Part shown: positions 1 through 8,490 of the stretch, one piece after another
Layout of the letters: the number at the start of each line of letters is the position of its first letter
Numbering within the stretch: the first letter of the stretch is position 1
Assembly: GCA_025456145.1 (NCBI GenBank)
Contig: JALOLD010000003.1
Coordinates: 18,209 to 82,208, forward strand
Length of the DNA stretch: 64,000 nt
Reading direction: 5' to 3'
Source: Thermoanaerobaculales bacterium
GTDB taxonomy: Bacteria; Acidobacteriota; Thermoanaerobaculia; Thermoanaerobaculales; Sulfomarinibacteraceae
Translations under genes and position numbers: made by a program
Notes under the pieces: model-generated
What the model was told of the DNA's origin: nothing
What the model saw: the letters and a program-made list of their open reading frames with translations, nothing else
Databases searched by the model: none

Positions 1-1472
1 CGGTGGACCACTCCCGGCAGGGGCGGCGCCCAGCTCACGGCGATCCGGTTGGGGCCGTCGGGCGCCGCGGCGACCGAGGTCGGCTGGCCGGGGATCCGGG
101 CCAGCGGACCGGCGAGGTGGGCGAGGGTCGCGACATAGGTCCGGATCGCGGCGGTCTCGAAGGCGGGCGCCGCCGGTCCGCAGTTGGCGATGGTGTCGGA
201 GGACTGGTGATAGTAGGGGTAGTTCCCGCCCTCGCCGCAGAACCCCTCGTTGTCGGTGATCCCGCAGATCGCGGAGAAGCCGTTCGACCAGAAGGGCGCG
301 TGGTCGGAGTAGGTCATCGACGAGCAGAGGAAGGCGTTGACCGGCAGGCCGGTCGCATAGGCGGCGGCGGCGTCGACCATCGCCTGGGCGAGCCAGGCCG
401 AGCCGGTGTTGTAGTTGACGTCGAGATCCTCGGTCGCCGGCTGGCCGTCGCCCTGCCAGCCGATCATGTCGGCGTTGAGCACCGCCTGGATGTCCTCTCC
501 GCGGGCGGCGGCGTCGTCGGCATAGTGGTCGCTGCCGTACAGACCCTGCTCCTCACCGGTCACGGCGAGGAACTTCACGGTCCTGGCGAAGCAGTAGCCG
601 GACATCACCTCGGCCGCGGCGGTGACCATCGCCGTCCCGCTGGCGTTGTCGTCGGCGCCCGGGGCGGGCCCCGACGAGGGGAGATCGTCGAGGTGACCGA
701 TCGCGATGTGGACCTGGTCGGGATCGAGGACGCCGGCCAGGGTCCCGATCACGTTGTCGGCATAGCCGGAGGTGTGGTGCTGGTACTCGGCGTCGAGGCC
801 GAGGTCGGTGAACAGGCCGTGCACCCAGGCCGCCGCCGTCGCACAGCCTTGCGATGAGGAGTGCCGCGTCGTCCAGGTCGGCGACTGGCTGATCGCGGCC
901 CAGTGGGCCATCGCGAGGGGCGAGTCGACGAGATCGACGATCTCCTGGACCAGCGGGTCGGGGACGATGCTCGAGGTTCCTTCGGCCAGCCCGCGCCAGA
1001 GGGCCGGCGCCGGTCGGTGCGGCGAAAGGGGCTCGAGGTCGAGCCGCCGGATGAACCAGCCCTCAGCCTCCAGGCAGCCGGCGCCGAGCTCGGCGTCGCC
1101 CTCGATCAGATGCCAGCCCTCGCCGGCGGTCACAACCCGGCCGCACACCCCGAGATCGCCGGCATCCCAGCCCGGACGCAGTCCGACGAGGGCGAGGGGG
1201 CCGGCCGGCACGGGGTCGGCGACGGTGGTCGTGGCGAGCGAAAAGCCGGCCGCGGTCGCGGCGATCACCGCCGGGTCGCCGACCGCGATCCAGGCGTCCT
1301 CGGTCTCGAGGACGAGCTCGACTCCCGCGGCGATGATCGGGTTCCGGTCGGCGCCGGGCGGGCGCTCGATCCGGAGGAGGGCGTCGGGGGCGCCGGCCGT
1401 GCCGGCGGTCGCGAGGAGCATGATCGAGGCGACGACGGGGACGCGAACCGGGCAGGTGTGGCAACGGGGCAT
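1..1472 (-). CDS. M28 family metallopeptidase (aminopeptidase-like), 3'-truncated by the window edge; FN3-like segment at the last readable residues
   Basis: Absent from the ORF track because it runs off the left edge. The reverse-strand frame from ATG 1470-1472 stays open to position 1. My translation is MPRCHTCPVRVPVVASIMLLATAGTAGA (signal-like) ... HIAIGHLDD ... GADDNASGTAMV ... VKFLAVTGEEQGLYGSDHYA ... VLNADMIGW, which is the M28 metal-ligand motif set. It ends AAPDGPNRIAVSWAPP. Confidence 0.85.
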   Translation of the reverse strand, partial: MPRCHTCPVRVPVVASIMLLATAGTAGAPDALLRIERPPGADRNPIIAAGVELVLETEDAWIAVGDPAVIAATAAGFSLATTTVADPVPAGPLALVGLRPGWDAGDLGVCGRVVTAGEGWHLIEGDAELGAGCLEAEGWFIRRLDLEPLSPHRPAPALWRGLAEGTSSIVPDPLVQEIVDLVDSPLAMAHWAAISQSPTWTTRHSSSQGCATAAAWVHGLFTDLGLDAEYQHHTSGYADNVIGTLAGVLDPDQVHIAIGHLDDLPSSGPAPGADDNASGTAMVTAAAEVMSGYCFARTVKFLAVTGEEQGLYGSDHYADDAAARGEDIQAVLNADMIGWQGDGQPATEDLDVNYNTGSAWLAQAMVDAAAAYATGLPVNAFLCSSMTYSDHAPFWSNGFSAICGITDNEGFCGEGGNYPYYHQSSDTIANCGPAAPAFETAAIRTYVATLAHLAGPLARIPGQPTSVAAAPDGPNRIAVSWAPPLPGVVH

Positions 1473-1684
1473 GGGATCCTCCGCCGGCGAAGAGTAGCAG
1501 ATTTCCTGGGTAGCCCCGGTGTGCCAGCTCACCACCGTCGGCGCGCCGATCCGGGGATCCTCGGGGGGTGCCTGGCGATCGCCGCGTGCGGCGCCGGCGA
1601 GGCGGCAGGACGGACGGTCGGTGCTACCGTTGGGTGGCGTGGCGCGGCGGTAGGACCGGGCCCCGGGGAAGGTCGGCAGCCGAG

Positions 1685-3796
1685 ATGACGATCGGACGCA
1701 AGATCCTGCTCTCGACCGCGGTGACGGTCGGTTTCTTCGTGATGCTCGAAGGAGCGCTGAGGCTGCTCGGCATCGCGAAACAGACCTTCTCCGCCGATCC
1801 CTATGTCGGCTTCGCCTCGACCTCGCGGCTGTACGTCCCGACCACCGAGGCCGACGGGTCGAAGGTCTTCGCGACCGCCGACGGGAAGCTCACGTTGTTC
1901 AACCATCAGCGCTTCCCCGCGGACAAGGGCGATGCCTTCAGGATCTTCTGCGTCGGAGGCTCGACGACCTATGGTCGGCCATACGACGACACGACATCGT
2001 TCTGCGGCTGGTTGCGCTCGCTGCTGCCGGTCGCCGACCCGAGCCGGCGATGGGAGGTCGTCAACGCCGGCGGGGTGAGCTACGCGTCGTACCGGGTGGC
2101 GCTGCTCATGGAGGAGCTGATCGACTACGAGCCCGATCTCTTCGTCGTCTACACCGGCCACAACGAGTTCCTCGAGCGGCGCAGCTACCCGCAGATCATC
2201 GCCACGCCCCGCGCGGTTCGTGGCATCGGAGCGGTCGCCGCGCGGACCCGGGTGTGGAGCGTCGTCTCGGCCGCCGTCCACGCGGTCCAGGGCGGTCCGG
2301 CGGCGCCGGTGAGCAACCCCAACCTGCTCGACGCCGAGGTCAGGACCCTGCTCGACGACGCGGTCGGCCCGCGCGCCTACACCCGCGACGACGAGCTCGC
2401 AAGGAAGGCGCTCCAGCACCTCCGCTTCAACCTCGCGCGGATGGTCGAGATCGCCTCGTCGGTCGGAGCCGCGACGGTGCTCGTCACCCCGGCGTCGAAC
2501 CTCCGCGACAGCCGGCCCTTCAAGTCCGAGCACCGGGACGGGCTGACCGAGGGCGAGCTCGCCCGGTTCAACAGCCTGGTCGACGAAGGGCGGCGGCTGC
2601 GCGACGAGGGGCGGCTCGAGGACAGCCTCAGGTCGATCGAAGACGCCGCCGAGATCGACCCCCGGCACGCCCAGCTCGCCTACCTCGAGGGACGCCTCCT
2701 GTGGGAGGCCGAGCGGTGGCCAGAGGCGCGGGCGGCCTTCGAGCGTGCCCGCGACGAGGATATCTGCCCGCTGCGCGCCCTCGGGCCGACCGCCGGGATC
2801 GTGCGCGAGGTGGCGGCCGAGCGCGGCGTCCCGGTGGTCGACTTCGAGAGGCTCGCCGACGGCTGGGCCGAGCACGGGGTGCCCGGGGCGGATCTCTTCC
2901 TCGACCATGTCCACCCGACCATCGAGACCCACCGGCGGCTCGCCGCCGGGATCGTCGAGGCGCTCGCCACGGCGGGTGTGATCGAGCTCGACCCGGGGTG
3001 GAGCGAGGCGGCGGTTGCCCAGGTCGGCGCCCGGGTCGAGGCGGGGCTCGACCCGCACACCCACGCCAATGCCCTGATGAACCTGTCGAAGGTGCTGGGC
3101 TGGGCCGGCAAGCTGGACGAGTCGTACCGGCTCGCCCGCCAGGCGGTCGAGCTCTTCCCCGAGGACTCGATGATCCAGTACAACGCGGGGCTCACCGCCC
3201 ACCTGGTCGGGCAGAAGGACCTGGCGGTCGCCCACTACCGGCGATCGATCGAGCTCCAGCCCGACGCCGACGAGCCCCTCGGCAACCTCGGCGTGCTCGT
3301 CGAGGAGGCCGGTCAGCTCGACGAGGCCATCGACCTCTACCGGCGTGCCATCCGCTTTGCCCGGACCCCGGAGACCGCGAACCGCAACCGGACCAACCTG
3401 GCTCGGGCTCTCACGCTCGCCGGCTATCGCGACTACACCCAGGGGCGACGATCGGCGGCGCTCTCGAGCCTTACCGAGGCCGCCGAGCTCGCTCCGACCG
3501 ATCCCGAGATCCTCGGCCGGCTCGGCATCGCCCAGCTCGCTTCGGGCGCCTCCGGCGACGCGGCGTCCTCCTTCGAGCGGGCCCTGACGGCGCGGCCGGA
3601 CGACGCCGCGCTGATGAACCGTCTGGCCCTCGCCCTCGCCCTCGACGGGCAGGTCGAGCGGGCGGCCGCGACCTATGCCCGCGCGATCTCCCGCGACCCC
3701 TCGGTCGCCGATCTGCCGGACAACCTGTTCAGGGTGCTCGCGACGATGGGCCGGTCGGACCTGGCGGACCGGGTCCGACGGTCGATGGGGGGATAG
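1685..3796 (+). CDS. Membrane-anchored SGNH/GDSL-like hydrolase domain fused to C-terminal TPR repeats
   Basis: From ORF 1568..3796, with the start moved to ATG 1685 (MTIGRKILLSTAVTVGFFVML is a TM anchor). FRIFCVGGSTTYG is block-I-like and DHVHPT is the block-V DxxH of SGNH hydrolases. The C-terminal half has TPR-like repeats, e.g. AVAHYRRSIELQPDADEPLGNLG and AIDLYRRAIRFA. Confidence 0.8.
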   Translation: MTIGRKILLSTAVTVGFFVMLEGALRLLGIAKQTFSADPYVGFASTSRLYVPTTEADGSKVFATADGKLTLFNHQRFPADKGDAFRIFCVGGSTTYGRPYDDTTSFCGWLRSLLPVADPSRRWEVVNAGGVSYASYRVALLMEELIDYEPDLFVVYTGHNEFLERRSYPQIIATPRAVRGIGAVAARTRVWSVVSAAVHAVQGGPAAPVSNPNLLDAEVRTLLDDAVGPRAYTRDDELARKALQHLRFNLARMVEIASSVGAATVLVTPASNLRDSRPFKSEHRDGLTEGELARFNSLVDEGRRLRDEGRLEDSLRSIEDAAEIDPRHAQLAYLEGRLLWEAERWPEARAAFERARDEDICPLRALGPTAGIVREVAAERGVPVVDFERLADGWAEHGVPGADLFLDHVHPTIETHRRLAAGIVEALATAGVIELDPGWSEAAVAQVGARVEAGLDPHTHANALMNLSKVLGWAGKLDESYRLARQAVELFPEDSMIQYNAGLTAHLVGQKDLAVAHYRRSIELQPDADEPLGNLGVLVEEAGQLDEAIDLYRRAIRFARTPETANRNRTNLARALTLAGYRDYTQGRRSAALSSLTEAAELAPTDPEILGRLGIAQLASGASGDAASSFERALTARPDDAALMNRLALALALDGQVERAAATYARAISRDPSVADLPDNLFRVLATMGRSDLADRVRRSMGG

Positions 3797-3847
3797 GCGG
3801 GAGCGCGGACCCCGTCGGCGTCCGAACCCTCTGCCTCCCCTTGCCGA

Positions 3848-4259
3848 TTCCCGCGTCCGAGTCCGCGTCCGCGTCCGGAGCCCCGGCCTTCCGGGCCGTC
3901 CGGCCTGGACGGCCGCATGGCCCGGCGTCGCGTCGCCGGCGCGGTCGCTCGTGGCGAACCGGAGGGACTGCAACCGCGCCAGCGGCGCGAGCGGCGGCCT
4001 GCATCGGTGCTTCGGCACCTGCTCAGGGGCGCGCCTCCCGGGGGAGCCAGGCTGGACATTGTGCGTGAGGCGTCGCGGACGTGAGCGCGTTGCTGAGCAC
4101 AATGTCGAGCCTGGAACGCCGGGTGAGCAGCGGTGCTCAGGGAGGCGTGCGGGTGGCGCTCCGGGGAGGTCGGCGCGTCCGACGCGCCGCCGCAATTCGT
4201 TCGACGAATTGCTGCCGCTGCCGCTGCATCGGACGCGGACGCGGACTCGGACGCGGGAA
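3848..4259. repeat. 412-bp palindrome-dense non-coding element bounded by perfect 29-nt inverted repeats (MITE-like or structured RNA)
   Basis: TTCCCGCGTCCGAGTCCGCGTCCGCGTCC at 3848-3876 has its exact reverse complement at 4231-4259. An inner 18-nt inverted repeat with one mismatch lies at 4047-4064 / 4097-4114. Perfect local hairpins lie at 4171-4189 and 4192-4212. There is no credible ORF, and the element sits between convergent genes. Confidence 0.7.
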
Positions 4260-4280
4260 CTGCCGCTGGTGTCCAGACAC

Positions 4281-4310
4281 AAAAAACGGGCGGGGCCGAA
4301 GCCCCGCCCG
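4281..4310 (-). terminator. Rho-independent terminator of the 4330..7122 gene
   Basis: The minus strand reads CGGGCGGGGC-TTCG-GCCCCGCCCG followed by TTTTTT (10-bp perfect GC stem, tetraloop, U-tract). It starts about 20 nt after the stop codon at 4330-4332. Confidence 0.85.
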
Positions 4311-4329
4311 TGGATGCGATGGTTGGTGC

Positions 4330-7122
4330 TTACTGCGGCAGGATCGTCGTCGGATCGCTGCTGCCGTTGTCGAGCACGGAGCCGTAGCAGTAGATCGCCG
4401 CGCCGGCCTTGTTGGCGACGAAGTCGATGTAGCCGTCGGTCGGCGAGTACTCGTTGAGGATCTGGTTGAACTGGTTGTTCGACCAGGCCGGCAGGTCCAT
4501 GTTACGGGTCCCGAGCAGGGCCCCGGTGTCGTCGTACATCGAGATGTTGACGCGGACGCTGTCGTTGACCCCGTTGACGCAACCGAAGTTGGCGCGGAAG
4601 TCGTCGTTCTCGCTCATGAAGATGATCCGACCGGTCTCACCCTGCTGGATGAGCTGGTCGGCCGGAATGCCCGGGATGTCCTGACCGAAAGTGCCGGCCA
4701 CCTTGGCGGTGGGCAGGTTGTAGGTCCGGCTCATGATCCCGAGGCTCGCGCTGTCGGAGGTGATCGCCAGCGCGCCGGCGACGTCCGGAGCGGCGTCGAA
4801 GACCTCCTCGAGGACGTTCTCGTAGCGGACGGAGGCGCCCGCCGCGAGGGTGAAGCTCTCCGAGGTGGTCGGCGACGAGTTGTCGACGCCGCGGGGCAGC
4901 CACAGGAACTGGTAGGTCGCCATGGCGCTGCCGGCGTTGTTGACGTCGACGTCGGTCTGGAAGAACGAGCCCTCCTGACCGGCGGCGAGGGCCGCGGCCG
5001 GGATGAAGTAGGTGGTCGCGGTGCCGTACTCGGTCGGCAGGATCGACGTCGGGTCGTTGCTGCCGTTGTCGAGCACCGAACCGTAGCAGTAGTAGGCCGC
5101 GCCGGCCTTGGCGGCGGAGACGTCGACGTAGCCGTTGGTCGGGTCGTAGTCGGCGAAGATCTGGTTGAACTGGTTGTTCGACCAGGGGCCGAGGTCCATG
5201 TTGCGCGACTCGAGCATGGTGCCGTCGTCGCCGTAGAGGTCGATCTTGATCCGGACGCTGTCGTTGACGCCGTTGACGCAGCCGAGGTTGGCGCGCAGGT
5301 CGTCATTCTCGCTCATGAAGATGATCCGCTTGACCTCGTTCTGCATGATCAGGTCGTCGGCCGGGATGCCCGGGATCGACTGGCCGAAGGTCCCCGCCAC
5401 CTTGGCGGTGGACACGTTGTAGGTCCGGCTCATGATCTTGAGCTCGCCCGAGTTCGAGAGCACGGCGAGGGCGCCGGCGACGTCGGGCTCGGCGCTGAAC
5501 ACCTCGGCGAGGACGTTCTCGTAGCGGACGGATGCGCCCGCGGCGAGGGTGAAGGTCGCCGACTGGGTCGGGGTCGAGTTGTCCTGGCCGCGCGGCAGCC
5601 ACAGGAAGGCATAGCTCGCGTCGGTGGCGCCGGCGTTGTTGAGGTCGACGTCGGTCTGGAAGAAGGCGCCCTCGAGACCGGCGGCGAGGGCCGCTGCCGC
5701 GATGAAGTAGGCCTCGGTCAGATCGGCGCCGAGGGTGACGGTGACGTCCATCGACGCCTGCGAGCTGCCGCCGGCGTTGGAGGCGGTCAGGGTGACCGTG
5801 AAGGTCCCGGCGCTACCGTAGGTGTGGGTCGGGTTCTGCGCGGTGCTCGTGCCGCCGTCGCCGAAGCTCCAGGCCCAGGTGTCGGGCGCGCCACCGGTCG
5901 AAGCATCGGTGAACTGGACCGGCGAGCCGGTGATCGGGGCGGCGGGCGAGTAGGTGAAGGCCGCAACCGGCGCCGGCGGGACCGCGTTGACGCCGACGGT
6001 GACCGAGTCGGTCGAGTTGGTGTCGTCGGGATCGGTATCGGTGGCCTCCGCGAGGAACGCCGTGGCGTGGGCGGTCCAGGTGGTGGAGGTGCCGAAGGCG
6101 CCCATCACGGTCTGGCCGCCCTGGACGGCGGAGATGATCGGATCGCCGTCCGCGTTGGAGACCAGGACCATCGGGATGGTGACCAGGCCGCCGAGGTCGC
6201 CCGGACCCATGTTGAGCACGCACTGGTCGCTGTTCGGGAAGTCGGAGCAGCGCATGTCGTTGACCATGAAGACCGCGACCGCGCCCGCCTGCTCGGCGTT
6301 GAAGCCCTTGGCGCCGAACTCGCAGACGCCGCGCCGCATCAGGGCGATGTTGCCCGGGGTGAAGCCGACCAGGGCGCCGCAGCCGAGGGTCGGGTCGGCC
6401 GAGCCGTCGTCGACGAGCTCGAACTGCGCCTCGACCGGGGCGTCGAGCTGCGAGATCCGGGCGCCCCAGCAGTTGTCGGAGATGTACTGGCAGATGTCCT
6501 CTTCCTCGGTGCCGACGAGCTTCGAGCAGGTCGAGCTGGCGTACTTCTTGTAGGGCGTCGCCAGCCCGAGCTCGACCCAGAGGTTCGAGGGATCGGTGAG
6601 CGTCCAGGCCTCGGCGAGGCCGGCGGGCTCGGTGACCTCGACGGTGCCGGTGCTCAAGGCGTCCATCGGGAGCGCGAGCTCATAGGTGAAGCTGCCGCTG
6701 GCGCCCGAGGCGAGGGGCTGGATCGGCGTGGCGTCGGGGGTGTCGTCGCCCTGGAGCTGGAAGAACGCGTTCTCACAGTAGAAGTCGTCCCAGAAGAGCA
6801 GCGGCACGTTGCCGAGGGTGTCGGTCCCGGTCGCCGAGTCTTGGATCGCCGTGTAGATCGAGCCGTCGCCGTTGAAGTAGTTGTCAATGAAGACGTCGAG
6901 ACCCATCGGTGCGATGAAGTCGGCGTTGACGTAGGCGCTGACGGCGGTGTCCGGTCCGCCGTTGGCGTAGTTGACGGTGACCGTGACCGGCCCTCCGAGC
7001 GTGACCGGATCCGGAACGGTGGAGCTCACGGACAGGTCCGACTCCGCCGCTTGGAGCCCGGGCGCGATCGCCAGGCAGATGCCGAGCACGACTGCGGTCC
7101 AAAGAAAGCTGCGTCTCATCAT
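4330..7122 (-). CDS. Secreted multidomain protein: N-terminal Ig/CARDB-like region, PA domain, PKD domain, then two tandem copies of an unassigned ~225-aa domain
   Basis: From ORF 4330..7257, with the start moved to ATG 7120-7122, which is preceded by GGGAGGGGAAAGA. This gives the signal peptide MMRRSFLWTAVVLGICLAIAPGLQA. PA-domain motif: GNIALMRRGVCEFGAKGFNAEQAGAVAVFMVND. PKD motif: WSFGDGGTSTAQNPTHTYGSAGTFTVTLTASN. The tandem C-terminal repeats run YFI.AAALAAG.EG.FFQTDVD.NNAG ... YCYGSVLDNGS.DPT.ILP. Confidence 0.85.
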   Translation of the reverse strand: MMRRSFLWTAVVLGICLAIAPGLQAAESDLSVSSTVPDPVTLGGPVTVTVNYANGGPDTAVSAYVNADFIAPMGLDVFIDNYFNGDGSIYTAIQDSATGTDTLGNVPLLFWDDFYCENAFFQLQGDDTPDATPIQPLASGASGSFTYELALPMDALSTGTVEVTEPAGLAEAWTLTDPSNLWVELGLATPYKKYASSTCSKLVGTEEEDICQYISDNCWGARISQLDAPVEAQFELVDDGSADPTLGCGALVGFTPGNIALMRRGVCEFGAKGFNAEQAGAVAVFMVNDMRCSDFPNSDQCVLNMGPGDLGGLVTIPMVLVSNADGDPIISAVQGGQTVMGAFGTSTTWTAHATAFLAEATDTDPDDTNSTDSVTVGVNAVPPAPVAAFTYSPAAPITGSPVQFTDASTGGAPDTWAWSFGDGGTSTAQNPTHTYGSAGTFTVTLTASNAGGSSQASMDVTVTLGADLTEAYFIAAAALAAGLEGAFFQTDVDLNNAGATDASYAFLWLPRGQDNSTPTQSATFTLAAGASVRYENVLAEVFSAEPDVAGALAVLSNSGELKIMSRTYNVSTAKVAGTFGQSIPGIPADDLIMQNEVKRIIFMSENDDLRANLGCVNGVNDSVRIKIDLYGDDGTMLESRNMDLGPWSNNQFNQIFADYDPTNGYVDVSAAKAGAAYYCYGSVLDNGSNDPTSILPTEYGTATTYFIPAAALAAGQEGSFFQTDVDVNNAGSAMATYQFLWLPRGVDNSSPTTSESFTLAAGASVRYENVLEEVFDAAPDVAGALAITSDSASLGIMSRTYNLPTAKVAGTFGQDIPGIPADQLIQQGETGRIIFMSENDDFRANFGCVNGVNDSVRVNISMYDDTGALLGTRNMDLPAWSNNQFNQILNEYSPTDGYIDFVANKAGAAIYCYGSVLDNGSSDPTTILPQ

Positions 7123-7214
7123 TCTTTCCCCTCCCAAGGAATTCGTTGCCAGATCACCCCGCTGTGAGGCTGTCGCCCCCGCCGCGCGGTACTCCCGTGG
7201 TTGAACACCGGGAG

Positions 7215-7243
7215 ATTCTAGCACCGACGGCGGATTTTTCGAA
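7215..7243 (-). promoter_or_regulatory. Candidate extended -10 promoter for the 4330..7122 gene
   Basis: The minus strand reads TTCGAA (weak -35), a 17-nt spacer ending in TGC, then TAGAAT, i.e. TGcTAGAAT. It lies about 90 nt upstream of the start codon in a locally AT-richer stretch. Confidence 0.3.
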
Positions 7244-7337
7244 ACACCGGGGGTCAAACCTGCGTATTTACCAGGTTCTTTTCACATCTCGGCACATCGG
7301 GGGGCGCGACCGGACCGGTCGCCGGGGATCAGATCCG

Positions 7338-7556
7338 TCAACCGCCGCCGCCGCCGCAGGCCGGCGGGCCGCTCGCGCCGCTGCCGCAGGACCCGGAGCG
7401 TGGGGAGGAGGCGCCGGCGGCAAAGGTCGAGAGCAGCCGCTCGGTCTCCTCTCCGTGACACGACGGGCAGGGCATCGGACGGACCTCGGAGGAGAGCGAC
7501 TGGAGGCGGGCGAAGACCGCGCCGCAGCGTGAGCACCGGTACTCGTAGATCGGCAT
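7338..7556 (-). CDS. FmdB-family zinc-ribbon protein (putative regulatory protein)
   Basis: MPIYEYRCSRCG ... PCPSCHG carries the two CxxC pairs in the N-terminal signature of FmdB/CxxC_CxxC_SSSS zinc ribbons. The tail is Gly/Ser/Cys-rich. The gene starts 20 nt downstream of the ArsR gene. Confidence 0.8.
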   Translation of the reverse strand: MPIYEYRCSRCGAVFARLQSLSSEVRPMPCPSCHGEETERLLSTFAAGASSPRSGSCGSGASGPPACGGGGG

Positions 7557-7576
7557 CGTTCCCGCTCCCGCGAAGC

Positions 7577-7972
7577 TCAGCGCCGCGTCCTCGACGGGGC
7601 GCTCTCGATCTCCATCCGACCCTTGACGATCGCCTCGTGCTCGCGGTCGACGCGCAGCTCGAGCGAGTCGCAGACGTTTCGGCAGATTGTGAAGACGCCC
7701 TCGTCGATGATCCGGTAGTAGACGTTGAGGCCCTCGCGCCGGCAGTCGACGAGCCCGGCCCGCTTGAGGACCGAGAGATGCTTGGAGACGTTGGCCTGGC
7801 TGCCCCCGACGCTGCTCAGGATGTCCGAGACGCAGCGCTCGCCGTGGTGGAGGCTGTGCAGGATCTTCAACCGGGTCGGGTCGGCCATGGCCTTGAGGAC
7901 CTCGGCGATCCGACCCAGGAGCTCGTCAGATGCGATCACGGGCGCCTCCCTCCGGAGCGTCTTCGTCATCAC
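7577..7972 (-). CDS. ArsR/SmtB-family metalloregulatory transcription factor
   Basis: The wHTH core ADPTRLKILHSLHHGERCVSDILSSVGGSQANVSKHLSVLKRAGLV matches the family. The start is GTG 7972 or ATG 7969. Confidence 0.9.
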   Translation of the reverse strand: MMTKTLRREAPVIASDELLGRIAEVLKAMADPTRLKILHSLHHGERCVSDILSSVGGSQANVSKHLSVLKRAGLVDCRREGLNVYYRIIDEGVFTICRNVCDSLELRVDREHEAIVKGRMEIESAPSRTRR

Positions 7973-7980
7973 CTTTTAGG

Positions 7981-8009
7981 AATATACTCGTGGCCTCCGC
8001 TCCGGTCAA
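7981..8009 (-). promoter_or_regulatory. Near-consensus sigma70-type promoter giving a leaderless or near-leaderless arsR transcript
   Basis: The minus strand reads TTGACC (8004-8009), a 17-nt spacer, then TATATT (7981-7986). Only 8 nt (CCTAAAAG) separate the -10 from the GTG at 7972, and no SD is present. Confidence 0.5.
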
Positions 8010-8104
8010 TCCGGTCGCAGCTTCTCCCGGCGGACCGCGAGGGCTCGCATGTCGGGAGGTCGCAAGGTGCTACGCTGCACCTCACGACCATTGTTGGAGG
8101 CGAC

Positions 8105-8488
8105 ATGGGCACCATCTTCGACAGCATCGTCAGCGGCGAGATTCCCTGCCACAAGGTGTACGAGGACGATCACCACCTGGCCTTCCTCGACATCAACCCG
8201 CGCGTCGAGGGTCACACCCTGGTCATCCCGAAGAAGCCGTGGAGCGAGGTCTTTGCGATGCCGGCCGACGAGTACGAGGCGCTGTGGGCGACCGCGAGGT
8301 CGGTGGCCCACCACCTCCAGCGGCGCACGGGCTGCGCGAGGGTCGTCGTCGTCGTCCTCGGCTACGAGGTGCAGCACGTCCACATCCACCTCATGCCGAC
8401 CAACAGCCTGCACGAATTTCCCTTCCCGCCGGTCGATCAGGCGGCCAAGGCCAGGCTCGACGAGACCGCTAGGAAGCTCGGGATCTGA
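8105..8488 (+). CDS. HIT (histidine triad) family nucleotide hydrolase
   Basis: It carries the histidine-triad motif HVHIHLMP and FLDINPRVEGHTLVIPKK. ATG 8105 is preceded by GGAGG. The N-terminal 235 codons of ORF 7400..8488 are rejected as low-complexity. Confidence 0.9.
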   Translation: MGTIFDSIVSGEIPCHKVYEDDHHLAFLDINPRVEGHTLVIPKKPWSEVFAMPADEYEALWATARSVAHHLQRRTGCARVVVVVLGYEVQHVHIHLMPTNSLHEFPFPPVDQAAKARLDETARKLGI

Positions 8489-8490
8489 CC

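Noticed and set aside
1529-7167. Very long ORFs 1529..4282 (-, 917 aa) and 4081..7167 (+, 1028 aa), plus many nested 60-670-aa ORFs in the same region.
   Set aside because: Their translations are Arg/Gly/Pro/Asp-rich low-complexity sequence. They run antisense to or out of frame with genes that carry clear family motifs (SGNH-TPR at 1685..3796, PA-PKD protein at 4330..7122). They are typical stop-codon-poor shadow frames of a ~70% GC genome.
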